In this document: one piece after another, positions 40,983 to 49,862 of the stretch
How positions within the stretch are numbered: position 1 is the first letter of the stretch
Layout of the letters: the number at the start of each line of letters is the position of its first letter
Assembly (NCBI GenBank): GCA_024275955.1
Contig: JAJRYD010000029.1
Span: forward strand, 4,500 to 68,499
Direction: 5' to 3'
Length of the DNA stretch: 64,000 nucleotides
Source of the DNA: Nitrospirota bacterium
Lineage (GTDB): Bacteria; Nitrospinota_A; UBA7883; JACRGQ01
Notes under the pieces: model-generated
The model's database searches: none
What the model was told of the DNA's origin: nothing
Seen by the model: only the letters and a program-made list of their open reading frames with translations
Translations under genes and position numbers: made by a program

Positions 40983-41012
40983 ATCCAGCTTCAAGCGGTA
41001 AGCTGGATTTTC
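40983..41012 (+). terminator. Putative intrinsic terminator
   Basis: ATCCAGCTT-8 nt-AAGCTGGAT hairpin followed by a T-rich tract, after the stop at 40954. Confidence 0.5.
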
Positions 41013-41077
41013 TCTCATATTTGCTGATAAACTTACCGCGTGGCTGTTAAGGAAATAGTATAAGGGAATAAAGAAGT

Positions 41078-42331
41078 ATGAGCCAGAATTTACGACCGAT
41101 AATCGAGCGCTATAAAAAGGATGGGGAGGCTGTTTATAACACTTGGTTTGTAAATAACGACGAGCGTCTCAAAGCGTTTCGTTCTATTAGGAGAGGCGTG
41201 CAGGATGTTATACGGGATATAAAAGAGAAAAATTTTGGGAATGACTTTAAAGGCTCTTCACTGGAGTTTGTCTTAAACTGTATTACAGAGCAAAAACAGG
41301 TTTTCATCGGCGCTTCGCATCCGTTTTACTGGAAACCGAAATTACGCATTCCTGATATTTATGAAAATGAGGATAACAAAGCCGCATTTGGACAATTTCT
41401 GGAAAACTGCCATAATTCCATCAGTGAAGAACAAATCTTAAAGGAAATAATTTTACTTAATCAGCGTAAGATTAAAGGTCTTGGTCCGGCCGTGGCCAAC
41501 ATCTTGTATTTTCTGCACCCAACGATAATTCCGCCTTTCAACACAGCTATAGTGAACGGCTTCAATCGCCTTTTTAAAGAAAAAATAAGACTGGGGTCAT
41601 GGGATGAATATCGGAAAATGCGCGCTGTTATTATGCATACAAATGCCGCCTTCAAGAATGATTTATCGAGCGATCTGGGCGCAATTTCCGGGTTTTTGTT
41701 TGATATCGGTGTTGGAAAAATTCATATCGGTGATGAACATACGCTTTCAGAAAAAGAAAAAACCAAAATTGAAAAGATGGTTAAAAACCGTCACCGCAAG
41801 GTAGTGGCGGAAAATGAAGAGGAAGATATCCATACAGAGATGCAGTACCATCTCTTAAAGATTGGCAATTCACTTGGCTATGATGTTATTAGCGCCTCAA
41901 ACGATAGGGCAAAATGCCATAAGGGTAAAAGTTTTTCTTTTATAAGCCTACCAAGCTTTCCTAAATTAGATGTTGGTGTTGATAAAGATACATTCAAAAC
42001 TATAGCTTTGATTGACGCTGTCTGGTTTAAAAAAGGCTCGAACAACATTGTATGTGCGTTTGAAGTGGAAAAGAGTACTTCCATCTATTCAGGAATTTTA
42101 AGATTAAAAGATTTATTCTATACATTTCCTAATAACCGACCGACGCTTTACTTGGTTATTCCCGACAATAGGGAAAAAGAGGTGATGCTACAATTAAACC
42201 GGCCGGCAATCAAAAATGGCGAAGTTGAAGTACGCTATATATTATTTTCCGATTTGAAACTGCATTGTGATTCAATATGCAAACTTGGGGAAAATAAAGA
42301 GATTATGAAAAAAATAGCCAAGGGTCTGTAG
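41078..42331 (+). CDS. Putative restriction-endonuclease-like PD-(D/E)xK protein
   Basis: C-terminal H.EMQY.L..IG...G, IDAVW...AFEVEKSTSIYSG..RL.DL. HhH-like IKGLGPAVANIL. AT-rich. Confidence 0.65.
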   Translation: MSQNLRPIIERYKKDGEAVYNTWFVNNDERLKAFRSIRRGVQDVIRDIKEKNFGNDFKGSSLEFVLNCITEQKQVFIGASHPFYWKPKLRIPDIYENEDNKAAFGQFLENCHNSISEEQILKEIILLNQRKIKGLGPAVANILYFLHPTIIPPFNTAIVNGFNRLFKEKIRLGSWDEYRKMRAVIMHTNAAFKNDLSSDLGAISGFLFDIGVGKIHIGDEHTLSEKEKTKIEKMVKNRHRKVVAENEEEDIHTEMQYHLLKIGNSLGYDVISASNDRAKCHKGKSFSFISLPSFPKLDVGVDKDTFKTIALIDAVWFKKGSNNIVCAFEVEKSTSIYSGILRLKDLFYTFPNNRPTLYLVIPDNREKEVMLQLNRPAIKNGEVEVRYILFSDLKLHCDSICKLGENKEIMKKIAKGL

Positions 42332-42387
42332 GGAAGACAACATAAGGAAGGAGTATCCCTCGACATCGGTCTCCGTTTTTATAAAAC

Positions 42388-43164
42388 CTACCCCTCTGCT
42401 TCCTCATCATGCTTGCTCTTTGCCAAAAGTTTGGCATAAAGGGCGGAGGCTACGGCGAGGGCAACTATGGCAACAGCTTGCGAAGTGCTAAATGGGCCGA
42501 TAAAACCGCGAGGGTCTCCCCGATATATTTCTATAGTAAACCTGCCGATTGCGTAGAGAATCATCCATAGCAAAAATATCTGCCCTTTAAATTGTCTGAA
42601 CCGTCTTACAGATATCAAAATAAGAAAGATTACCAATTCGTTTAGCGCCATGTAGAGCTGGGTTGGGTGTAGCGGTACGTTTAGCGGCGCGAGCGACGCG
42701 GGGTGCGTAAAGATTACGCTCCATGCCACATCGCTGACATCGCCGTAACAGCATCCGGCGCCGAAACAGCCGAGCCTCCCAAACATATGCCCAAGTGCTA
42801 GGGCAGGGGCTATAATGTCTGCCATCTTCCATGCTTCTATATTATGTTTTCTTACAAACCAGATGCTTGTGACTACCGAGCCGATGAACCCGCCGTAAAA
42901 GACAAGCCCGCCCTCCCATACCATAAAAACTTTTAGCGGGTTATGGATGTAGCTTGGCCATTCTATAAGCACATACATAATGCGCGCGCCTACAAGCGCC
43001 GAGAGTACTATATAGAAAGCTAGGTCTAGTGCTTTTTCTGGGTCTTCGCCTTCGGTTTTTGCTCTGCTGGCCATAAGGAAAGAGGCGACGAGAAAGCCTG
43101 TGGCGGCCATAAGGCCGTATGAATAAAGTTTTAGCGGGCCAATCTCGAATATTACAGGTAACAT
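42388..43164 (-). CDS. lgt: Prolipoprotein diacylglyceryl transferase
   Basis: Motifs YG.M, GARI.Y, WEGGLVFYGG, GRLGCF..GCCYG, HPTQLY and RF.IE..R. Confidence 0.96.
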   Translation of the reverse strand: MLPVIFEIGPLKLYSYGLMAATGFLVASFLMASRAKTEGEDPEKALDLAFYIVLSALVGARIMYVLIEWPSYIHNPLKVFMVWEGGLVFYGGFIGSVVTSIWFVRKHNIEAWKMADIIAPALALGHMFGRLGCFGAGCCYGDVSDVAWSVIFTHPASLAPLNVPLHPTQLYMALNELVIFLILISVRRFRQFKGQIFLLWMILYAIGRFTIEIYRGDPRGFIGPFSTSQAVAIVALAVASALYAKLLAKSKHDEEAEG

Positions 43165-44111
43165 CAGGCTAATAGTATCTTGAGCGCGCCTGTTTTTCCA
43201 GCTTCTTCAAACGCCTTCAAACCTTTCTCCAGCCGATATGTTTTTTGTATAAGCTCTTTTACTTTTACCCCTTTTTGTTCCAGAAGGGCGATGCCTTGCT
43301 CGAACGAACCGCAACGGGAGCCGATTATCGAGATTTCGTCTACGATTATCTGGTTAAGGTCTACATACGGCTGTTCGGCAAGGGTAGACTTTATAACCAG
43401 CTTGCCTCTTGGCTTTATCCGCTCCATAGCGGTAAGGAACCCTTCCTTACTGCCTGTAGCTTCTATCACTACAGAATACTTTTTGTTTGGCAAAAGTTCG
43501 TCCGCTGTTTTGGTGGTGAGGTTGGCCATCTGTATCAGCTCCATCTTTTCCGGGTGTCTGCCGCAAAGCACTACGTCGGCTCTAAGGAACGCAAGAGACT
43601 GCGCTATAAGAAGCCCCAGCTTTCCGTCGCCCAGCACCAGCACATCGTTGTTGATTACCTTTACCTGCTCCGCCACGCGGAAAGCGGCCGATAGAGGTTC
43701 TATAAATACCGCCTCTTCGTCGCTTATGAAATCCGGCACTGTGTGTAGATTTTTTTCCGGCAGTGTCAGCTTTTCGGCGAATGCTCCGTCGCGCCCCAAG
43801 ATGCCGAGTACTGTTCTGTTCTGGCAGTGGTGCTCGTCGTCTATCCGGCATTCGGGGCATTCACCGCATCCGCAGTTTATATCGCCTACCACTCTGCCGC
43901 CGATGAGGGTTTTGTCGTCTGCGTCTTCCACTATGCCGACGAACTCGTGGCCGGGGACTCCTCTAAAGTTCATGTAACCTTTGGTAAGCTCCAGATCTGT
44001 TCTGCAGATGCCCCGCAGAGTGACTTTTATAAGCGCTTCGCCTTTTGCTCTTTGCGGTTCGGGCAGGTCTGTGCGGTATGTCAGTTTGCCGTCGTAGTAG
44101 ATTGCGTTCAT
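43164..44111 (-). CDS. Zinc-dependent alcohol dehydrogenase (MDR family)
   Basis: Motifs GIC.TD, GHEFVG, the structural Zn site CGECPEC...C and GDGKLG. Confidence 0.9.
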   Translation of the reverse strand: MNAIYYDGKLTYRTDLPEPQRAKGEALIKVTLRGICRTDLELTKGYMNFRGVPGHEFVGIVEDADDKTLIGGRVVGDINCGCGECPECRIDDEHHCQNRTVLGILGRDGAFAEKLTLPEKNLHTVPDFISDEEAVFIEPLSAAFRVAEQVKVINNDVLVLGDGKLGLLIAQSLAFLRADVVLCGRHPEKMELIQMANLTTKTADELLPNKKYSVVIEATGSKEGFLTAMERIKPRGKLVIKSTLAEQPYVDLNQIIVDEISIIGSRCGSFEQGIALLEQKGVKVKELIQKTYRLEKGLKAFEEAGKTGALKILLA

Positions 44112-44120
44112 TATGTTTTC

Positions 44121-44867
44121 CTATTTGATGGAGTATGTTTTGAACCTGCTAAGGGCGACATCCATACGCACATCGGAATAGGTTTTCGGTGTGCCGATAT
44201 CTGCCCAGTAGCCTGTATGGTTGTAAGTATATATAGGTTTGCCGGTTTCTACCAGCTTGGGGTAAACTTCTGTAGAGATATCTACCCTCCTGCCTGCCGG
44301 TATGTAGTCAAAAATTTCTGCTGAGAAGATAGCTACTCCGGTAAACATTTTCTGCTTTGGCTCTACGTTACCGGCTTTGTAGCCCGGCATGGTGGTATCT
44401 AAAAAGCGCGCCAGCCTGCCGTTTGTATCTGCCGCCAAAGTTCCTATCTTGCCGGGGTTTGGGTTGTCCCGCAGTGCCAGTGTCGCTACCGCGCTGTTTG
44501 ATTCGTGGATTTTTAGCATTTCGTCGAGGTTTATGTCGTGCAGTATGTCGCTGTTTATAACGGCAAAAGTGGAGCCTGCAAGAAAGCTCTCGGCGCCTTT
44601 TATGCCGCCCGCGGTACCCATAATCTCCTCTTCCTCTACTATATGGAGTGTAACCTTATCCCTCACCCCCCAAGAAAGTTCCTTTAGTATCAAGTGGCGG
44701 AGGTGGTGGATATTTATCGCGATATCTTTTATGCCGTAGTGCGTAAGGTAGCCTATGCTGTTTCTTATCATGTTGGTTGTGCCTATGGAGAAGAGCGGTT
44801 TTGGCAATCTGTCGGTTTCTGGTCTTAGACGTATGCCGTAACCGGCGGCGAGAATCATTCCTTTCAT
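44121..44867 (-). CDS. NDP-sugar pyrophosphorylase / nucleotidyltransferase (MurU/GMPP-like)
   Basis: Motifs ILAAGYGIRLRP.T..LPKPL, GTAGGI and YWADIGTP. Confidence 0.88.
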   Translation of the reverse strand: MKGMILAAGYGIRLRPETDRLPKPLFSIGTTNMIRNSIGYLTHYGIKDIAINIHHLRHLILKELSWGVRDKVTLHIVEEEEIMGTAGGIKGAESFLAGSTFAVINSDILHDINLDEMLKIHESNSAVATLALRDNPNPGKIGTLAADTNGRLARFLDTTMPGYKAGNVEPKQKMFTGVAIFSAEIFDYIPAGRRVDISTEVYPKLVETGKPIYTYNHTGYWADIGTPKTYSDVRMDVALSRFKTYSIK

Positions 44868-44942
44868 CTAACCTTCTTATTGAATACTGTTTTAAGAAGC
44901 GGTAGCATACCGCATGCTTCATTTAGATGGAAGGGGGATAGG

Positions 44943-45563
44943 GTGGACTTGATATCTTCCGGCAAGGCGGGGCAGGCCGAGGTGGAGCTGATAGCGATAA
45001 CGCCCAATGCCGATAGGGTTATCGAAAATGCCGGTCGTACCTGCTACCTTTCTCACGATAAAATAAACGAAGAGTCGTCCCGCAAGTTCATAAGAATGCT
45101 TATAAAAAGCGGTCATACTTCGGTTCTGGAGCATGCGTCGGCCACGTTTCGGATAAAAGGCGGCTCAAGGGCTTTTACGCATCAGATAGTAAGACACCGG
45201 ATTGCCTCTTTTTCCCAACAGTCGCAGAGGTATGTAGACGAAAGTGGTTTTGCGTTTATGATACCGCCCTCAATTGCCGAGAATGACGAGGCGAAAACAC
45301 TTTATGACAGGCATCTAAAGCAAAGCCAAGAAGTTTACCAAAAGCTCAAAGCGATGAAGATACGAAAAGAAGATGCCCGCTATGTACTCCCAAACGCTGT
45401 TACCTCCGAAATTGTGGTTTCTGCCAATTTTCGTGAATGGCGGCACCTTATTGGCCTTAGGGTCGATAAATCAGCACAATGGGAGATTAGAGAGATATGC
45501 TCCGAAATATTGCGTCAGCTTTTTGCCCAAGTTCCGCCTATTTTTGAAGATATGCTTGAATGA
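44943..45563 (+). CDS. thyX: FAD-dependent thymidylate synthase
   Basis: Motifs GHTSVLEH, RHRIASFSQQSQRY, EDARYVLP and AQWEIR. The start is uncertain (GTG after AAGGGGG). Confidence 0.94.
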   Translation: MDLISSGKAGQAEVELIAITPNADRVIENAGRTCYLSHDKINEESSRKFIRMLIKSGHTSVLEHASATFRIKGGSRAFTHQIVRHRIASFSQQSQRYVDESGFAFMIPPSIAENDEAKTLYDRHLKQSQEVYQKLKAMKIRKEDARYVLPNAVTSEIVVSANFREWRHLIGLRVDKSAQWEIREICSEILRQLFAQVPPIFEDMLE

Positions 45564-45704
45564 GCATCTTCAAATCAATAGTATAAAGGGTAGGTTCATT
45601 TGTTGGCTTTACCGTAGGCTTGCCTTGCCTCTGGTTTTGGCCTGTGCAAATGGTCTGTCCTATTCTCGCGCGCTAGGCCGGTTTTTTGTGGGGTAAGAAT
45701 TGTA

Positions 45705-47975
45705 GTGTCCGCCCAAATAATTGAAAAACTCGATAAGCTCGCTATGCACCTTATGATGATAGACGAGTATCTTGGCGATCTTTTGCAGACCTCTGAAGCT
45801 AGTAGCATGGCTGACGAAGTTAAGGTACTGCTCGCCTCTACAGAACCACTCCAGCTTGTCGGTATTTTTGATGGAGTTTCTCAGCTGTTCGAAAAATTTC
45901 TGCTCGATTCCAGCTCCGGTAAAGGCCCTGACGCAATAAGACTTACTAATGAAGGGATAAATATTGTCAAAGATGTGCTTGGCGGAACCTCCGCTTTTGA
46001 GGACGTAAAAGATAAGTTCAATGCTCTTATCGGAGAGTTTAAGTCGGTTTTCGAAATTGAAGTTGAGGTTTTCCCTGTAGGGTCTGGCAGTGTGCCGCCT
46101 GCGCCGAAAAAGCCGGTAGAAACAGTGCCTCCTAAAGAGGAAGCCAAAGCAGATGGTGAAGGTAAGCGTACAGAGCTGGTTCTTCTGGACGAAAACGATG
46201 TCGAAATTTTCGATGGTTTTCTTGAGGAATCTTCTGAAAGTTTAGGAAAGGTGGAGGATTACCTTATCGAGCTTGAAGAAGACGCGAAGAATATGGAGAT
46301 AGTAAACTCTCTGTTTCGGATTTTTCACAGCCTTAAAGGCGCGGCCGGTTTTCTTGGTATGACCGAGGTAAACTTTCTTTGCCACCAGACCGAAAACATG
46401 CTGGATCAGGCCCGCAAGTCTATGCTCGATATTGATGCCGAGGTAATAGACATACTTCTTGCTTCAAAGGATTTGCTTGAAAAGGGGCTTCATTTTCTTC
46501 ACGACTTACTTAGCGAAGGAAGGGAAAAGCTTCCTAACTTTAGGGGAGAGTGCGACCCACTTGATGTTAAGCCGATAGTGGAGCTTATCGACAGGAAGCT
46601 TTACCTCGCTTCTATGGAAGATGATGACGATACGGGGCCTCCGAAGCTTGGACAGATTTTAGTAGAGCAAAAAGCGGTTTCCCCCGCGAAGCTGGAAGCG
46701 GCGCTGACCCAAAAATCGAAGCCTGTTGGTGAAGTTCTTGTCGAGATGGGGGTTCCAAGAAAAGATGTAGATAAAGCTGTTGCCACACAAGGCGCGAAAA
46801 AGAAAGAGTTCAAATCCTCCTCTGTCAAAGTAGACACTTCTAAGCTGAACATTTTGCTGGACCTTGTGGGTGAGCTTGTTATTTCGCAGTCGATTATTTC
46901 GCAGAATAAGGCTCTTGCCTCAGACACGAACGCGCGGCTTTCTAAGGATATTTCGGAGATGGCCAAAATTACCGACGGGATACAGGATCATATAATGAGC
47001 CTTAGAATGGTGCCGTTAAAGCAGACTTTCGGCAAAATGAATAGGCTGGTAAGAGACCTTTCTAGGAAAACCAATAAGCGTGTAACTCTTGAAGTAGATG
47101 GGGAAGATACCGAAATAGATAAAACCATAGTAGACCAGCTAAACGACCCGCTTGTGCATATCCTTCGGAATTCGGTTGATCACGGCATAGACACTGTGGA
47201 GGAGAGAATCGCCGCCGGCAAAAGCCCCGAAGGTACCGTTACCTTAAGCGCTTACCACAAAGGCGGTAACGTCGTAATAGAAATCAAGGACGACGGGAGA
47301 GGCTTGAACCTTGCGAAGCTGAAGGCAAAAGGTGTTGAAAAAGGCTTTTTTACCTAAGACGGAGAATACAGTGATGAGGAGCTTATAGAGGTAATCTTCA
47401 GGCCGGGGCTTTCTACCCACGCGGTAGCGACAGACCTTTCTGGCCGAGGTGTCGGTATGGATGTGGTGAGGAGAAATGTCGATAGCCTTGGCGGGCGTGT
47501 GGAAGTTCAGACGGTTTTGGGGGAAGGTAGCACCTTTCTTATCAGGCTTCCTCTTACGATGGCTATCGTCGATGGTATGTTAGTGCAGGTTGGAAGCGAG
47601 AGATATATAATCCCTACCATATCAATCAGCGAGTCTATAAGGCCAAAAGCGGAGCAGTTTACGAGGGTTATTGGAAAGGGCGAGATGCTCAATGTAAGGG
47701 GAGAGATGATACAGCTGGTACGCCTGCACGATCTTTTTGGAATACAAAACGGAGATAAGGATATTTCCGAAAGTCTTGTTATAATTGTCAACACTGATAA
47801 CGACAAAAGAGGTCTTTTGGTAGATGATCTGTTGGGCCAGCAACAGGTGGTGATTAAAAACCTCGACAAACGGTTGCAGGGGATAAAAGGTTTTTCAGGC
47901 AGTTCCATACTGGGTGACGGGCTTGTTGGCCTTATCCTTGATATCGGCGGTATTTTTAAGTTGGCTTCTTCGTGA
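45705..47975 (+). pseudogene. cheA: Chemotaxis histidine kinase CheA (copy 1) with in-frame TAA at 47355-47357
   Basis: HPt FHSLKG, dimerization domain, and HATPase N and G1 boxes. After the stop the same frame reads DGEYSDEELIEVIFRPGLST...SGRGVGMDVV and then the CheW domain. Confidence 0.85.
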
Positions 47976-48043
47976 ACTGCTTTGGTGTATAATGGAGCGG
48001 ATTCGGGTTTCTCTAGGATTGATAGTTTTGTTAGGAGGTAGAG

Positions 48044-48577
48044 ATGGAAGAATTAGCTGACACTAATAAGTCGTCGGTAGAAACGGCAAATGCCAAAATA
48101 CAGTCCTCCGATGCTAATAGTCAGGAGGGGAAGTATCTTACCTTTGTTCTGTCTGACGAGGAATATGGGCTGGAAATTTTAAAAGTCCGTGAAATTATTA
48201 GTGTTATGGAAATCACTGAGGTGCCTCAGGTACCAGACTATATAAAAGGTGTCATCAATCTTAGGGGCAGGGTTATCCCTGTTATAGACCTCAGGCTGAA
48301 GTTTGGGATGCCGGCGATAGAGTATACCCGTGAGACCTGCATAATCGTGGTAAATGTACTTGATATTCTTCTTGGAATTGTTGTTGATACCGTTGCGGAG
48401 GTGTTGGATATCTCGTCGGCAGATATCGACCCATCTCCGGCTTTTGGAGGTTCTGTCGATACCGACTTTATTCTTGGTATGGGGAAGGTGAAGGGAAAAG
48501 TTAAGATACTTCTCGATATTGACAGAGTACTGTCTGTAGCCGAATTGGAAACGGTAAGGCAGGCCGATTCTACTTAG
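48044..48577 (+). CDS. cheW: Chemotaxis adaptor CheW
   Basis: Motifs YLTF.L..EEYG, GVINLRG.VIPVIDLR and GIVVD.V.EV. Confidence 0.95.
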   Translation: MEELADTNKSSVETANAKIQSSDANSQEGKYLTFVLSDEEYGLEILKVREIISVMEITEVPQVPDYIKGVINLRGRVIPVIDLRLKFGMPAIEYTRETCIIVVNVLDILLGIVVDTVAEVLDISSADIDPSPAFGGSVDTDFILGMGKVKGKVKILLDIDRVLSVAELETVRQADST

Positions 48578-48705
48578 GCATAGAATACTGTTTTTAGGTG
48601 ACGGCAAGGCTCTTTTGTCGAGAAGGTCGGGTTTGTCGTTGTTTTCATGCTGTAAAGCCGGGTTCGTTGAGCTTTGCTTTAAGCGAGTAGAAATTAAATT
48701 ATAAA

Positions 48706-49581
48706 ATGAGTCTTTTTTCGTCAGCAACAGGTGGTCATCTGAAAGCAGAATTAAAAGATCTTACTGATGAAGACTTTGATCTTTTCCGCCGTCTCATTTA
48801 CGAACAGTCCGGTATTTCACTAAATGATACCAAGAAGGAACTGCTACGCACAAGGCTCCGCTCCAGGCTGATAAGGGAGGGGTATAGGTCGTACAGGGAG
48901 TACTACAGCTTTATAAAAAAAGACCAGACAGGCAATGCGATAGTGCCTCTGCTTGATGACATTTCGACGAACCTCACTTCGTTTTTTCGGGAAATAAACC
49001 ATTTCAGTTTTCTTGATACCGTTATCCCCAAGATGATAGCCGAAAAGGAAAAGAAGCGCGACAGCACTTTTCGTATATGGAGTGCCGGCTGTTCGTCGGG
49101 GGAGGAGGTCTACTCACTTCTTTTTACGATGCAGGCTCATTTAAAGAACAAAAAACCGGAGTGGAACCTTAAGATGCTCGCTACCGATATTTCGACAGAT
49201 ATACTCCAAAAAGCTAGCAACGGACTCTACGATGTAAAACGAGTGGACGCAGTGCCGCCGTATATGGTTAAGAAATATTTTGTAAAAGAGCTTGGCCCTA
49301 AAGGCAGAGAGATGATGCGTATCAAGCCGGAATATAGGCAGATTGTTACTTTCCGAAGATTTAACCTAATGACAGAAAACTTTCCATTTAAGCATCAGTT
49401 CGACTATATTTTCTGCCGCAATGTTATGATCTACTTCGATAAGCCGACACAGGAGGTTCTGGTGTCCAAATATCACAAACTTTTAAAGCCCAACGGATAC
49501 CTTTTTATCGGGCATTCTGAGAGCCTGACAGGGCTTAATCATAGTTTTAGGTACGCCCAGCCTACGATTTACCAAAAATAG
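48706..49581 (+). CDS. cheR: Chemotaxis methyltransferase CheR (copy 2)
   Basis: Motifs STNLTSFFRE, WSAGCSSGEE, IFCRNVMIYFD and GHSESL. Confidence 0.95.
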   Translation: MSLFSSATGGHLKAELKDLTDEDFDLFRRLIYEQSGISLNDTKKELLRTRLRSRLIREGYRSYREYYSFIKKDQTGNAIVPLLDDISTNLTSFFREINHFSFLDTVIPKMIAEKEKKRDSTFRIWSAGCSSGEEVYSLLFTMQAHLKNKKPEWNLKMLATDISTDILQKASNGLYDVKRVDAVPPYMVKKYFVKELGPKGREMMRIKPEYRQIVTFRRFNLMTENFPFKHQFDYIFCRNVMIYFDKPTQEVLVSKYHKLLKPNGYLFIGHSESLTGLNHSFRYAQPTIYQK

Positions 49582-49862
49582 AAGCATGGGATACAAGTTG
49601 CGCGAAATACGGAATTTTCATCTGGAAGCTATCGCTTCTCTATTTTTAAAGTGTAAAGATTTTTTCCAATATTATATAAATAATCATAGTTCAATAGTGG
49701 TTATGATTGCTAGAATGACTGACCGATAGGTTTACTTAAGATATAATTTTAGAAGTATGGGTGCCTTTGACAGTTAGCTGGAAAGGACGGATTGTAGCTA
49801 AGTATAAATGTTTAAAAACTCTTTGTTAAATTTGTTGCAAAGTATCGCTGGGGAGTCTTGGT

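Noticed and set aside
43180-43977. Long antisense ORFs (also 52043-52855, 6518-7123, 830-1411 and others)
   Set aside because: These are shadows of well-supported genes on the opposite strand, with no motifs of their own.
49682-49708. Inverted repeat AATCATAG...TTATGATT upstream of cheA2
   Set aside because: A single short occurrence in AT-rich DNA that cannot be assigned as an operator.
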